Below are positions 1 to 10,448 of a stretch of 64,000 nucleotides of DNA, piece after piece. The notes under the pieces were generated by a model, which did not search any database, was not told the DNA's origin, and saw only the letters and a program-made list of their open reading frames with translations. Within the stretch, counting starts at the first letter, position 1. Each line of letters opens with the position of its first letter. The position numbers and the translations under genes were made by a program. Source of the DNA: Pseudomonadota bacterium (GTDB lineage Bacteria > Pseudomonadota > Gammaproteobacteria > Xanthomonadales > Rhodanobacteraceae). The stretch covers positions 1,233-65,232 of the forward strand of contig JAKAZT010000001.1 in assembly GCA_021815695.1 (NCBI GenBank), written 5' to 3'.

Positions 1-708
1 GTAGAGGTTCATGCCCGCCTCGAGGCGCAGGGTGTCGCGCGCACCCAGACCGGCGGGGGTGACCCCGGCCTCGCGCAGCCGATTCCAGAAGGTCAGCGCG
101 ACGGTCTCGGGCACCATGATCTCGAATCCGTCCTCGCCGGTGTAGCCGGTGCGGGCAATGAACAGCCCGTCGCCCTCGCAGGCGGCGAACTTGCCCAGCG
201 CCGCGGCAGCGGCGGCCGCGGCAGGCGACAACAGCGCCAGCACCCGGGTCCGCGCCTGCGGACCCTGCACCGCGATCATCACCAGATCGCGGCGCTCGCT
301 GATGCTCACTCCGAACGCCGCCGCCTGCGCGGCGATCCAGGCAAGATCCTTGTCGCGGGTCGCGGCGTTGACCACGATGCGGAAGAAGTCCTCGCCGAGG
401 TAATAGACGATCAGGTCGTCGATCACCCCGCCCTCGGCGTTGAGCATGCAGGTATACAGCGCCTTGCCCGACACTTTCAGCTTGTCGACGCTGTTGGCGA
501 CCAGTCGGCGCAGGAACGGCCTCACCCCGTCGCCGCGCAGATCGACCACGGTCATGTGCGAGACATCGAACATGCCGGCATCGCGGCGCACGGCGTGATG
601 CTCCTCGATCTGCGAACCGTAGTTGAGCGGCATGTCCCAGCCGCCGAAGTCCACCATCTTCGCGCCCAGCGCGCGGTGGGTGGCGTTGAGAATCGTGGTC
701 TTGCTCAT
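1..708 (-). CDS. gcvT: Glycine cleavage system aminomethyltransferase T (3' end runs off the window)
   Basis: Minus-strand translation from ATG 708 reads [52 protein letters not shown] and later [12 protein letters not shown], which are GcvT motifs. Absent from the ORF track because it is truncated. Confidence 0.97.
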   Translation of the reverse strand, partial: MSKTTILNATHRALGAKMVDFGGWDMPLNYGSQIEEHHAVRRDAGMFDVSHMTVVDLRGDGVRPFLRRLVANSVDKLKVSGKALYTCMLNAEGGVIDDLIVYYLGEDFFRIVVNAATRDKDLAWIAAQAAAFGVSISERRDLVMIAVQGPQARTRVLALLSPAAAAAAAALGKFAACEGDGLFIARTGYTGEDGFEIMVPETVALTFWNRLREAGVTPAGLGARDTLRLEAGMNLY

Positions 709-843
709 GGGCAGGCTCGGGTGGGCGAAACGGCGATTATCCGCCGCCGCCGCGGATGCACCAAGCGGGCCCGGTCACGCATCGGATCGACGGTCGACCG
801 CGTCTGCACGTCGCGGCAACAGGCAACTGGTAGCCTTGTGCAC

Positions 844-1995
844 ATGGACCAGACAGGCGCCCCGGGTCGCGTCGAGCTGTCTGCCGCGCCGGATGGCACC
901 GCCATGGTGCGCGTCTCGGGCGCATGGACACTGCCGCACTTCGCCGCGATCGAACGCTCGATGCAGCCGGTCAGGACCGCGCTGCCCGCGCTGGCGCGGC
1001 TCGACCTCGACGGACTGAGCGCGCTGGATACCGCCGGCGCCGGTCTGCTCAGCGTGCTGCTGGGGCCGGAGCGTCTGCGGTCGATGCTGGACGCCCTGCC
1101 CGATCTCGCCCCGGAGCGCCGCGCCCTGCTCGAAACCGTCGGTTGCGCGGTGCACGACATTTTCGCGCATCCGCCGCCGCAGTCTTATGCGCTGGGATTC
1201 ATCGGCCTGCTGGCACGCATCGGCACCGCGGTCGAGGCCATCTGGCAACAGACACGCCTGCTGTTCGGCTTCGTCGGCCTGACCCTGGAAACCCTCGCGC
1301 GCAACCTGCTGCGCCCGCAACGCTGGCGCATGGCCGCGCTGGTGACGCAGATCGAACAGACCACGCTCGACGCGCTGCCGATCGTGTCATTGCTGTCGCT
1401 GATGGTCGGCGCGGTGATCGCGTTCCTCGGCGCAACCGTGCTCAAGGACTACGGTGCCAGCGTGTTCACCGTGGATCTGGTGTCGTTCGCCTTCCTGCGC
1501 GAGTTCGGCGTGCTGTTGGCGGCGATCCTGCTGGCCGGACGCACCGCCAGCGCGTTCACCGCCCAGATCGGCGCGATGCAGGCACACGAGGAAATCGACG
1601 CCATCCGCACGCTGGGCCTGGACCCGATCGAGGTGCTGGTGCTGCCGCGCGTGCTGGCGCTGGTGCTGGGCCTGCCGATGCTGACCTTCGTGGCGATGCT
1701 GGCGGGCATGCTCGGCGGCGCGCTGGTGTGCGTGCTGGCGATCGGCATCCCGCCGGCGATGTTCCTGTCGCTGTTTCACGCCGATACCCCGCTGCGCTAT
1801 TTCTGGGTCGGCATGAGCAAGGCCCCGGTGCTGGCCTTCCTGATCGCGATCATCGGTTGTCTCGAGGGCTTCAAGGTCACCGGCAGCGCCGAGTCGGTGG
1901 GCGAGCGCACCACCTCCAGCGTGGTGCAGGCGATCTTCGTGGTGATCCTGGTCGACGCCCTTGCCGCGCTGTTTTTCATGGAGATGGGCTGGTGA
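844..1995 (+). CDS. MlaE-family ABC transporter permease with N-terminal STAS-like domain
   Basis: LDTAGA STAS motif, then REFGVLLAAILLAGRTASAFTAQIGAM..EEIDA and GSAESVGERTTSSVV (MlaE/DUF140). Start taken at ATG 844. Confidence 0.93.
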   Translation: MDQTGAPGRVELSAAPDGTAMVRVSGAWTLPHFAAIERSMQPVRTALPALARLDLDGLSALDTAGAGLLSVLLGPERLRSMLDALPDLAPERRALLETVGCAVHDIFAHPPPQSYALGFIGLLARIGTAVEAIWQQTRLLFGFVGLTLETLARNLLRPQRWRMAALVTQIEQTTLDALPIVSLLSLMVGAVIAFLGATVLKDYGASVFTVDLVSFAFLREFGVLLAAILLAGRTASAFTAQIGAMQAHEEIDAIRTLGLDPIEVLVLPRVLALVLGLPMLTFVAMLAGMLGGALVCVLAIGIPPAMFLSLFHADTPLRYFWVGMSKAPVLAFLIAIIGCLEGFKVTGSAESVGERTTSSVVQAIFVVILVDALAALFFMEMGW

Positions 1996-2813
1996 GCGCG
2001 ACGCCGGTTGCGCCCGTATCCGCGCCCGTCGCTGCGCCGGTGATCGCGGTGCAGGACCTGACCACGCGTTTCGGCACGCAGCTGGTCCACGAACATCTCG
2101 ATCTTGACGTGCCGCGCGGCGCGATTCTCGGCGTGGTCGGCGGCTCCGGCACCGGCAAGTCGGTGCTGCTGCGCACGATCATCGGTCTGCGCCGGCCCGA
2201 TGCCGGCCGTATCCAGCTGCTGGGCGAAGACGTCTATGCGGCATCGACGGTGCAGCGCGTCGCCGTCGAGCGCCGCATCGGCGTGCTGTTCCAGGACGGA
2301 GCGCTGTTTTCGTCGATGACCGTGGCCGATAACATCTGCGTGCCGCTGCTGGAGCACACCGCGCTCGGTGCGCGCGATGCCCGTCGCCTGGCGACCCTGA
2401 AGATTGCGCTGGCCGGGCTGCCGCAGGACGCACGCGACAAATATCCCTCCGAACTCTCCGGCGGCATGCGCAAACGCGCCGCGCTGGCGCGCGCGCTGGC
2501 GCTGGATCCGGAAATCCTGTTCCTCGACGAACCGACCTCCGGCCTGGATCCGATCACCGCCGCCGGCTTCGATCGCCTGCTGCGCACGCTGCGCGACGCG
2601 CTGGGGCTGACGGTCTACATGAATACCCACGATCTCGACTCGATCCACACCGTCTGTGATCGCGTTGCCGTGCTGGCCGACCGGCGCGTGCTGGTCGCTG
2701 CCGATCTGGCCACGGTCGAGCGTTTCGATCACCCGTGGGTGCAGGATTATTTCCGCGGACCGCGCGGCCGCATCGCCGGCGCGGCCTATGCCGACGTCGT
2801 CCAGGAGACCTGA
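1992..2813 (+). CDS. MlaF-family ABC transporter ATP-binding protein
   Basis: Walker A GGSGTGKS, signature LSGGMRKR, LFLDEPTSGLDP. GTG start overlaps the permease stop (GTGA). Confidence 0.95.
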   Translation: MSATPVAPVSAPVAAPVIAVQDLTTRFGTQLVHEHLDLDVPRGAILGVVGGSGTGKSVLLRTIIGLRRPDAGRIQLLGEDVYAASTVQRVAVERRIGVLFQDGALFSSMTVADNICVPLLEHTALGARDARRLATLKIALAGLPQDARDKYPSELSGGMRKRAALARALALDPEILFLDEPTSGLDPITAAGFDRLLRTLRDALGLTVYMNTHDLDSIHTVCDRVAVLADRRVLVAADLATVERFDHPWVQDYFRGPRGRIAGAAYADVVQET

Positions 2814-2814
2814 G

Positions 2815-3759
2815 ATGGAAACCCGCGCGCATCACGTGCTGATCGGCGCCTTCACCCTGATGGTCGTGCTGGCGGCATTATTGTTCGTGCTGTGGCTGGG
2901 CAAGAGCAGCGTCGACCATGCCTACGCCTACTACGATGTGGTCTTCAACGAATCGGTCACCGGCCTGTCCAAGGGCGGCATGGTGCAATACAACGGCATC
3001 AAGGTCGGCCAGGTGGCGGAGCTCAAGCTCGATCCGCGCGACCCGCGCAAGGTGATCGCGCGCATCCAGGTCGAAGGGGACACGCCGGTCAAGCGCGACA
3101 CGCACGCCAAGCTCGGCCTGCTGGGCCTGACCGGTATCGCCTTCATCCAGCTCAGCGGCGGCTCGCCCGGCAGCCCGCCACTGCGTGCCGTCGATGGCGA
3201 ACACGTGCCGGTCATCGTTGCCGACAACTCCGAACTGTCCAGGCTGCTCAACTCCAGCGAGGACATCGCCACCAGCGCCAATGACATTCTGCAGCGCATC
3301 GAGACCCTGCTTTCCGAGCAGAACGTGGCGCACATCAGCGCCACCCTCAGGCATCTTGACGAGACCACGTCGGCGATCGCAGCCGAGCGCGCGCCGATGC
3401 AGCAGGCGATCGTGCAACTGGCCGCCTCCAGTGCGCAGCTCAACGAAGCGCTGGGCAAGATCAATCATCTCGCCGGCAGCACGGATGCGCTGGTCAATGA
3501 CCAGGGCCGCGCCACGCTCGACAGTGCGCGCGCCAGTCTCGCCTCGTTCCGGCAGATGAGCGCCCAGCTGCAGTCGCTGATCGCCGAGAACCGCGGCGCC
3601 CTGGCCGCCGGCAGCCAGGGCGCCGCCGAACTGGGGCCCACGCTGCGCCAGCTGCAGGCGACGCTGCGCAACATCAACGCGCTCAGCGAGCGCCTGCAGC
3701 ACGCCCCCGCGGCCTATCTGCTCGGTCGTGACGCCCCCAAGGAGTACCAGCCGCGATGA
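2815..3759 (+). CDS. MlaD/MCE-family protein with long helical C-terminus
   Basis: METRAHHVLIG + TM helix, then the MCE motif F.ESVTGLSKGG.VQYNGIKVGQV and GLTGIAFIQL. Confidence 0.93.
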   Translation: METRAHHVLIGAFTLMVVLAALLFVLWLGKSSVDHAYAYYDVVFNESVTGLSKGGMVQYNGIKVGQVAELKLDPRDPRKVIARIQVEGDTPVKRDTHAKLGLLGLTGIAFIQLSGGSPGSPPLRAVDGEHVPVIVADNSELSRLLNSSEDIATSANDILQRIETLLSEQNVAHISATLRHLDETTSAIAAERAPMQQAIVQLAASSAQLNEALGKINHLAGSTDALVNDQGRATLDSARASLASFRQMSAQLQSLIAENRGALAAGSQGAAELGPTLRQLQATLRNINALSERLQHAPAAYLLGRDAPKEYQPR

Positions 3760-4373
3760 AACGCCTCTCCCTGATGCTCGTGGCGCTGCTGGCTGGTTGC
3801 GCCTCCCTGATCGCGCCGCGCGGAAGCGAGGACGTATTCATCCTGCCCGCGGCGCCGACAGCGAGGCATGCAGCGACCCCCGCACCGTTGCCCTGGTCGC
3901 TCACGTTGGTGACGCCGACCGCGTCCGGGCCGCTCGGCAGTCGCGCACTGCTGGTCAGCCCGCAGCCGGATCTGCAGCAGGTGTATGCCGGCGCGCGCTG
4001 GGCGGAGTCGCCGCCGACGCTGTTGCGGCAACGCCTGCTCGCCGCATTTTCCGCCGACGGACGCCTGCCGCGCGTGGCCCCCGACAGCGTCGGCGCCTTG
4101 ACCCGCTACACGCTGAGCAGTGATCTCGAGGATTTCCGGGTGATCATCAGCGGCGGGCGGGCGCGAGTGCGCGTCGCGCTGACGGTCCGTCTGCTCGACA
4201 ATCACAGTCGTCAACTGCTGGCGCAACGGTCCTTCATCATCGAGGAGCCTGCTGCTGGCCGCAATGCATCGCAGGTGGTCGCCGCGTTCGGCGCGGCCTG
4301 CGACCGGCTCGCGCCGCAGGTGGTGGACTGGACGATCGCCAGCGCGGCATCGTCCGCGACCAGTACGCGCTGA
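3756..4373 (+). CDS. ABC-type transport auxiliary lipoprotein (PqiC/DUF330-like)
   Basis: Lipobox LLAGC, ARWAESP motif, last gene of the Mla-like operon with ATGA overlap. Confidence 0.85.
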   Translation: MKRLSLMLVALLAGCASLIAPRGSEDVFILPAAPTARHAATPAPLPWSLTLVTPTASGPLGSRALLVSPQPDLQQVYAGARWAESPPTLLRQRLLAAFSADGRLPRVAPDSVGALTRYTLSSDLEDFRVIISGGRARVRVALTVRLLDNHSRQLLAQRSFIIEEPAAGRNASQVVAAFGAACDRLAPQVVDWTIASAASSATSTR

Positions 4374-4423
4374 CCCGCTGCCCGGCCCGGTGCGGCGGAG
4401 CGCGATCGCCACCACGTCCGCGG

Positions 4424-5758
4424 TCAGAGGTTGTAACCGCGCTCGTCGTGCAGGGCCAGATCAAGGCCCTCGGTCTCGGCCTCGGCGCCGACGCGCAGCG
4501 GCACGATGCGATCGACCAGCCAGAGCAGGGCCGCGCTCATCAGCGCGCCGTAGACCAGCACCACGATCACGCCCAGCGCCTGCCGGCCGACCTGGTCGAG
4601 CACACTGACGCCCGCGGGCAGACCCGAGCCGCCCAGCGCGGCATCGACGAACACGCCGGTCAGCAGCGCACCGACGATGCCGCCGATGCCATGCACGCCG
4701 AACACGTCCAGCGCGTCGTCGTAGCCGAAACGGCGTTTCAGCCGCGACGAGGCGAAAAAGCACACCACGCCGGCGACGCCGCCGATCACGATCGCGCCCA
4801 GCGGCCCGCAGGTGCCGGCCGCCGGGGTGATCGCCACCAGTCCGGCCAACGCACCCGAGGCGATGCCCAGCACCGAGGGCTTGCGGTGCGTCCACCACTC
4901 CACGCCCATCCATGCCAGTGCCGCCGTCGCGGCGGCGATCTGCGTGACCAGCAGCGCCATGCCGGCGATGCCGTCGGCGGCCAGCGCGGAACCGGCGTTG
5001 AAACCGAACCAGCCCACCCACACCAGCGCCGCACCGGTGACGGTGTAGCCGAGGTTGTGCGGCGGCATCGGCTGCTGCGGCCAGCCGCGGCGGCGCCCGA
5101 CCATCAGGCAGGCGACCAGACCGGCGATGCCGGCATTGATGTGCACCACGGTGCCGCCGGCGAAGTCGAGCACGCCGTGATCGGCCAGGAACGCGCCCGG
5201 CCCGCCCCAGACCATGTGCGCCACCGGCAGATAGACCAGGCTGAACCAGCCGCCGACGAACAGCAGCAGCGCCGAGAAGCGCATGCGCTCGGCAAAGGCG
5301 CCCACGATCAGCGCCGGGGTGATCACCGCGAAGGTCATCTGGAACGCCGCGTAGACCGTCTCGGGAATGCTGCCGACCAGCGCGGTGCGCCCGACCGCGA
5401 CCAGCCCGACCTTGCCCAGTCCGCCGATGAAGGCGTGCAAGTCGACCGCACCGGGCACCATGCCGACGCTGTCGAAGGCGAGGCTGTAGCCGTACAGCAC
5501 CCACAGCACGCTGACCAGCGCGACGATGGCCAGGCACTGCGCCATCACCGACAGCACGTTCTTGGCGCGCACCATGCCGGCGTAGAACAGCGCCAGACCG
5601 GGCAGGGTCATCAGCAGCACCAGCGCGGTCGAGGTCAGCATCCACGCGGTGTCGCCACGATCGAGCGCAGCCGGGGCCGCCTGTGCCGCGGCGGGCAGCA
5701 GGGCGATCGCGACGATCGCCAGCGAAGGAAGACGGCGGCGGCGAGCGGTGACGGACAT
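4424..5758 (-). CDS. amtB: Ammonium transporter
   Basis: GDTAWMLTSTALVLLMTLPGLALFYAGMVR, DFAGGTVVHINAG, WFGFNAGS, DDALDVFGVHG, GLDLALHDERGY. Start at ATG 5758 (signal peptide follows). Confidence 0.96.
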   Translation of the reverse strand: MSVTARRRRLPSLAIVAIALLPAAAQAAPAALDRGDTAWMLTSTALVLLMTLPGLALFYAGMVRAKNVLSVMAQCLAIVALVSVLWVLYGYSLAFDSVGMVPGAVDLHAFIGGLGKVGLVAVGRTALVGSIPETVYAAFQMTFAVITPALIVGAFAERMRFSALLLFVGGWFSLVYLPVAHMVWGGPGAFLADHGVLDFAGGTVVHINAGIAGLVACLMVGRRRGWPQQPMPPHNLGYTVTGAALVWVGWFGFNAGSALAADGIAGMALLVTQIAAATAALAWMGVEWWTHRKPSVLGIASGALAGLVAITPAAGTCGPLGAIVIGGVAGVVCFFASSRLKRRFGYDDALDVFGVHGIGGIVGALLTGVFVDAALGGSGLPAGVSVLDQVGRQALGVIVVLVYGALMSAALLWLVDRIVPLRVGAEAETEGLDLALHDERGYNL

Positions 5759-5851
5759 GACCCAATCCCCGGGGCGGACGGCCCGAGCATGCCGCATCCG
5801 CGCCGGTTGATCACTCGGGACCGGGCATGGTCTGATTCCCGGCCAGGCCAA

Positions 5852-6493
5852 TCATGCGCAAGCGGGGTCCGACGGCTCCATGCGCGCGCCGTGGACGTAG
5901 CGGAAGGTCAGGTTGATCCGCGGTGCGACCGCCGCCCGCGTTTTCGGCAGCTCATGGCGGTAAAGCCGCTGGGTCGCTCCGGCCATCAGCAGCAGGCTGC
6001 CGTGCGCCGGTTCAAGCGCGAGTTGCGCGCTGCCATCGCGCGCGCGCAGACGGAAGCGCCGCACGCCACCCAGGCTGATGCTCGCGATCAACGGCTCGGG
6101 ACCAAGCTCCGGTTCGTCGTCACTGTGCCAGCCCATGCTGTCGCAACCATCACGGTACAGATTGGCCAATACGCTGTTGAAGCGCGCAGCGCAGGCGATT
6201 TCCAGGCGTGCGCGCAGGGTTGCCAGCGCCGGCGGCCAAGGCCGCGGGGCGAAGCGCGCACGCGAATAGGCATAGACCGCGCCGGGATCGCCGATCCAGC
6301 ACGACAGTCGCGGCGCATCGATCTCACGCCCGAACAGACGCAGGCGATGCCGCTCCCAAGGGATCGTCGTCGCCGCCGCGGCGAACAGCGCATCGGCTTC
6401 GGCCTCGGGCAGCCAATCCGGCCGGTAACGCAATGACGCTCCCGGAAGCGGCAGCGCGACGGTCTCCACGTCCGCGGCGAACGACGACGTCAC
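5852..6493 (-). CDS. AlkB-family 2OG-Fe(II) dioxygenase (ALKBH2/3-like)
   Basis: FNSVLANLYRDG.DSMGWHSDDE, IASISLG, HELPK, RINLTFR. GTG start at 6493 is approximate. Confidence 0.92.
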   Translation of the reverse strand: MTSSFAADVETVALPLPGASLRYRPDWLPEAEADALFAAAATTIPWERHRLRLFGREIDAPRLSCWIGDPGAVYAYSRARFAPRPWPPALATLRARLEIACAARFNSVLANLYRDGCDSMGWHSDDEPELGPEPLIASISLGGVRRFRLRARDGSAQLALEPAHGSLLLMAGATQRLYRHELPKTRAAVAPRINLTFRYVHGARMEPSDPACA

Positions 6494-6649
6494 GGCGGTG
6501 AGGCCGCATGATCGACGTGCCGCATCGGCAGCGAAAATCCGTCCGGCATGCGCGGGGAACTCATTGCCGGTGGTTCGATGCGGATGATCCCAATCCATCC
6601 GTCGTGAACATCAAGCGCACGTGGTTCATCGTCACCCATGGCCCCGCGC

Positions 6650-6679
6650 CCCCTGCCGGCGCGGCCGCGCCGGCAGGGG
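6650..6679 (-). terminator. Perfect 30-bp GC palindrome just 3' of rnpB (probable terminator or processing hairpin)
   Basis: CCCCTGCCGGCGCGG|CCGCGCCGGCAGGGG is its own reverse complement; 11 nt downstream of the rnpB 3' end. Confidence 0.6.
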
Positions 6680-6690
6680 TGGATAGAGGA

Positions 6691-7037
6691 GGAGTCGGCC
6701 CGTAAGCCGGGTTCTGTTCTAGACAGTCATTCCTCTAGGCCCGCCGTCACCGACGGGCTCCAGCAGCCAACCCGGGAGCGACGCGGGCCACGTCATGGCT
6801 CCCCTATTTGGCCTTGCTCCAGGTGGGGTTTGCCGTGCCGCGTGGCGTTGTCCCCACGCGCGGTGCGCTCTTACCGCACCGTTTCACCCTTGCCTGATCC
6901 CCTTGCGGGGCCATCGGCGGTTTGTTTTCTGTTGCACTGTCCGTCGGCTCGCGCCGCCCAGGCGTTACCTGGCACCCTGCCCTGCGGAGCCCGGACTTTC
7001 CTCGCCGCTTGCGCGCCGCGACTGTCCGGCCGACTCC
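6691..7037 (-). ncRNA. rnpB: RNase P RNA, bacterial class A
   Basis: Minus strand: GGAGTCGGCC...GAGGAAAGTCCGGGCTCC...GGGTGAAACGGTGCGGTAAGAGCGCACC...ACAGAACCCGGCTTACGGGCCGACTCC; the two ends pair as P1. -10 TAGAAT at 7045-7050. Confidence 0.98.
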
Positions 7038-7079
7038 GCTGGCGATTCTACGCGAGTGCGCGCAACAACGTCGGCGGCA

Positions 7080-7280
7080 TCAACCGCCACCGACGGCATG
7101 GATGATCTCGACGCGATCGCCTTCCGCCAGCGCTTTTCGGATCTGCTGGCTGCGCGGCACGATCTCGCGGTTGACCTCGACCGCCACCCGGCGCTGCGCG
7201 TGACCGGTCTCTGCCAGCAACGCGGCCAGCGTGCTGCCGGCGACGCACTCGTGGGGCTGGCCATTGAGGATGATCTGCAT
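7080..7280 (-). CDS. thiS: Sulfur carrier protein ThiS
   Basis: 66 aa, MQIILNGQ...RVAVEVNREIVPRS...GDRVEIIHAVGGG with C-terminal GG. Confidence 0.96.
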   Translation of the reverse strand: MQIILNGQPHECVAGSTLAALLAETGHAQRRVAVEVNREIVPRSQQIRKALAEGDRVEIIHAVGGG

Positions 7281-7454
7281 CGGACTATTCTAGTGCGGTG
7301 CCCCGAAAATACGCATCCAGCATTCCCGCGTCTTTCGGCGCGACACGGCGTTGCGCCGGGTCCCGCACCGGAATCAAGCGGCAATCGCCGGCGCGTACTT
7401 CCGGGGCACCGCACTAGCGATGCGACAGATACCGGGCGCGGCGAAGGGGGTACC

Positions 7455-8033
7455 GTGAACGCAATCCAATCGGTCACGTTGAGCGGACGCATGCTGGATG
7501 GCGTCGCGGCGGAGACAGCATGGCCGCGGATCGCCGCGCTGCTGCGCATGAGCACCGAGGATTTTTCCACGCGGGTGCAGCCGCGACTGCCGCTGACGCT
7601 GAAGGCGACCACGACGGAATCCGCACAGCGCCAGGAGCAGGCGCTGCGCCGGATCGGCATCGAAGCCATCGCGCTGTCCGCGGACGGACCACGCGCCCTG
7701 TTGCGCGACGGCGAGGCCCAGCGCGGCCCGGTCAGCCGAGCCTGGCTGCAGCATGCGCTGGAAGCCGGAAGCATCCAGCCGGGCGCCGAAGTGCGCAGCG
7801 ACGATGCCACGGAATGGCAGCGCGCTGACGTCTGGCTGGCGACTGTCGAGATCCCGTCCGATCTCGAGGACGCGCCTCGGGATTCCCTGACCGAGACCGC
7901 TCCCCGGGTCGAACCGGCATCCGCCGATGTCGCCCTGTCCGCCAGCACCGCTTCGCCAACGCTGTCGGCGCCATCACCCTCGCCTGCCGGCTTCTGGCGC
8001 CGGCTGGCCGCGCGGTTGAGCCGCGCGCGCTGA
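7455..8033 (+). CDS. Hypothetical protein with GYF_2-like domain; ends in an RDD-start-like motif (possibly truncated)
   Basis: GTG start after GAAGGGGG. GPVS..WLQ.AL..G.I.P...V......W pattern, low-complexity linker, C-terminal PAGFWRRLAARLSRAR. Confidence 0.6.
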   Translation: MNAIQSVTLSGRMLDGVAAETAWPRIAALLRMSTEDFSTRVQPRLPLTLKATTTESAQRQEQALRRIGIEAIALSADGPRALLRDGEAQRGPVSRAWLQHALEAGSIQPGAEVRSDDATEWQRADVWLATVEIPSDLEDAPRDSLTETAPRVEPASADVALSASTASPTLSAPSPSPAGFWRRLAARLSRAR

Positions 8034-8074
8034 TCGCCGGAGCCGCCGCCGCAATGCGGCGGCCGATCGGCGCG

Positions 8075-10363
8075 TCAGTTGTCGCGCATGCCGCCACCGT
8101 CATGATGCCCATCGGGCCGGGGCGCTGATCGCGAGGGCGCGACACGCTGTGCCGGTGCCGGATGGCTGACCGGCTGCGGCGCGTACGCCGGTTCGTGGCG
8201 ATAGGCCGGCTGGACAGGCTCCGGTCGGTAGGCCGGCGCCGGCCGGTACGCCGGTTGCGGCGCATAGGCCGGCTCGGGGCGGTAGGCCTGACGCGGCACG
8301 TTGGCCGGCTCGGGGCGGTAGGCCGGCATCTGTTGCGAGGATGCGCGCCCGTTGTCCGTATTCCCGTATGCCGGCCGGTATGTCGGAACCTGCGGATACG
8401 ACGGCTCGGGACGCGACTGCGGCGGTGCGTACCCTGTTTCGGGCCGGCCGTTCGACGGCGGATTGCCGCGCCACGGTGACGATGCCGGACGATCCGGTCG
8501 TATCGGCGTTCGCCCGTAGTCCGCAGACGGTCGGGATGGCGCCGCCGATGGCTGGCCGATGATCTCGCCGGGCGCCGGACGTCCATGCCCGGACTGCCAG
8601 GCATGAGGCGCCCAGCGCGCCGACGGCACCGCACCGGCCGGCAGACCGGCATCGTGCGACGGCGGTCCGCCCGCGCGACCCGTGACCGGCTCGGCCGGCT
8701 GCAGGCGCTGCGGCTGCGGCAGTGTCCGCGGTTCATTCCGGAACAACGGCTGCGGCTGCGAACGCGGCGTGCGCGCCATGTCGATGCCGCCCAGCACACG
8801 CACATTGCCCGTGACATGATCCTGCGAGCGCAACGCGACCGGCTCGCCCGGACGCGTACCGCCACGACCCGCGGCGAAGGCACCGCCCGCGGGCAGGCCG
8901 GCATGGAGTGCCGGCGGCGCCCGATGCGCCAGCACCTGGCGCTCGAACAGTCCCTGCGGCACCCGCGGCGCGGGATGGCTCGCGACACCGATCAGGCTCA
9001 CCGGCAGTGGCCGTGGCGGCGTCACCTGGCGCAGCGAGCCGCGATCCGCGGTATTCAGCAGCCGATCGCCGTGCAGGAGGTGGCCGGCCACGGGTCGCGC
9101 ACCGACGAACACGTCGTGCGGGACCGCCGTCAACCCGCGCGGGGGGATGGGCCGATCGCCGTGCCCGAAGCCCGGACCGGCGTGCGGCGGGCGGCCGTGT
9201 TGATAATCCTGGTAATCACGATCGACCCGCTGGATGACCGTCTGGTTGACGATGCGGATATTGGTGATGTTGACCTGCTGGAAGTAGCGCGGGCCGCCGT
9301 AATACCAGGGCCGGTAGATATCGTCGGGCCCGAGCGGATACCAGCCGATCGGCGGACCGCCGAGACTGACGCCGACGCTCCAGCCGCCGCCACCGACGAA
9401 CGCCACCAGCGCGGGCGCATAGCACGGCCGCACGAAGCGCGGTCCCGGCAGCCAGCCCCAGGCGTCATCCGCCCAGACCCAGCGACCGTAATGGAACGGC
9501 GCGAAGCCCCACGGCGCATCGTCGACCCAGGTCCAGCCCCACGGCGCGACGTAGACCCAGTGACCGTCGCGATAGGGAGCCCAGCCCACCGGGACGTCGC
9601 GCGGGTACCACACGTTGCCGTAGTCGCCGACACTCTGCCAGTTGCCGTATTCGTCGAGATCGGCGCCGCCGATCACCCCCTCGGGGATGTAGTTGTCGGC
9701 GAGCGCGCGGTCGAGCCGGCGGTCGCGGGTGAAGCACCAGCGATCGAAGCTGTCTTCCTGCGGCATACCGAAGGTTTCCACGCTGGCCAGCGAGCTGTCC
9801 GCGAAGCGATAGCTCTGCCCGGCATACAGCGTCTGCCGGGCCTGATCGCGCCCGTACACGCGCGCTTCGCCGCGATAGACCGTCACCTGCGTGCCGTGCC
9901 CGCCGGGGCCGATGTCGATGCGGAACTCGCCGGTCTGGTCGGTGACGAACGCGAGGGTCGGGGTATCGATTTCGTAGCTCTGCCCCTGATACAGGCGGCG
10001 CACGCGCAGGTTGAGCGTGCCCTGGGTCAGCTGCGCCTGGGCGTGGTTGTTGCCGAGGTCGAGAAAGCTGAATCCGCTGTCGCCGTCGAGACGAATCTCG
10101 GCCCCTCCCAACTCCAGTTCGGCGCGGGCGTCGGCGGGAACCCACAGGCGATCGCCGGTGGTCAGTGGCCGATTCAGCTGGGCCTGGGTCCAGCCCTGCG
10201 TGCCGGCCGGCTGCAGGCCGACGTCGCCGTCGACCACGCTCATCCGCGCGACCCGATCGGGCGGGTCATTTTCGGCGCGCGCGACGACCGGCGCGCCCGC
10301 GATCCACAACGAGAAGGCACCCAGCAGGACGGCGCCAAGCAGGGAATGAGGTGCGCTGCGCAT
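8075..10363 (-). CDS. Secreted FecR-like/DUF6600-type protein with W/G/P-rich region and Pro-rich tail
   Basis: Signal peptide, [58 protein letters not shown]. Start ATG 10363. Confidence 0.85.
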   Translation of the reverse strand: MRSAPHSLLGAVLLGAFSLWIAGAPVVARAENDPPDRVARMSVVDGDVGLQPAGTQGWTQAQLNRPLTTGDRLWVPADARAELELGGAEIRLDGDSGFSFLDLGNNHAQAQLTQGTLNLRVRRLYQGQSYEIDTPTLAFVTDQTGEFRIDIGPGGHGTQVTVYRGEARVYGRDQARQTLYAGQSYRFADSSLASVETFGMPQEDSFDRWCFTRDRRLDRALADNYIPEGVIGGADLDEYGNWQSVGDYGNVWYPRDVPVGWAPYRDGHWVYVAPWGWTWVDDAPWGFAPFHYGRWVWADDAWGWLPGPRFVRPCYAPALVAFVGGGGWSVGVSLGGPPIGWYPLGPDDIYRPWYYGGPRYFQQVNITNIRIVNQTVIQRVDRDYQDYQHGRPPHAGPGFGHGDRPIPPRGLTAVPHDVFVGARPVAGHLLHGDRLLNTADRGSLRQVTPPRPLPVSLIGVASHPAPRVPQGLFERQVLAHRAPPALHAGLPAGGAFAAGRGGTRPGEPVALRSQDHVTGNVRVLGGIDMARTPRSQPQPLFRNEPRTLPQPQRLQPAEPVTGRAGGPPSHDAGLPAGAVPSARWAPHAWQSGHGRPAPGEIIGQPSAAPSRPSADYGRTPIRPDRPASSPWRGNPPSNGRPETGYAPPQSRPEPSYPQVPTYRPAYGNTDNGRASSQQMPAYRPEPANVPRQAYRPEPAYAPQPAYRPAPAYRPEPVQPAYRHEPAYAPQPVSHPAPAQRVAPSRSAPRPDGHHDGGGMRDN
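8171..8326 (-). repeat. Coding tandem hexapeptide repeats ([12 protein letters not shown]) in the tail of the DUF6600-type protein
   Basis: [51 protein letters not shown]; ~18-bp units. Confidence 0.8.
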
Positions 10364-10448
10364 GGATCGGCTCCCGGGCCCCTGTCGGCGCCACCGCAAT
10401 GGTGACGCCGGACGCGCGACGGCCACAGGCCCGCCGCCGCACGTTTTC

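Noticed and set aside
709-843. Possible glycine riboswitch before gcvT
   Set aside because: No GGAGA/CCGAAG/CTCTCAGG aptamer motifs; the region is a short divergent promoter.
6638-7454. ORFs overlapping rnpB (6638-7105 and the 5' part of 6795-8033)
   Set aside because: They are translations of the RNase P RNA and thiS antisense strand; the plausible CDS starts at GTG 7455.
8171-8326. Repeats as a CRISPR array
   Set aside because: In-frame 18-bp coding repeats without unique spacers; no cas genes.
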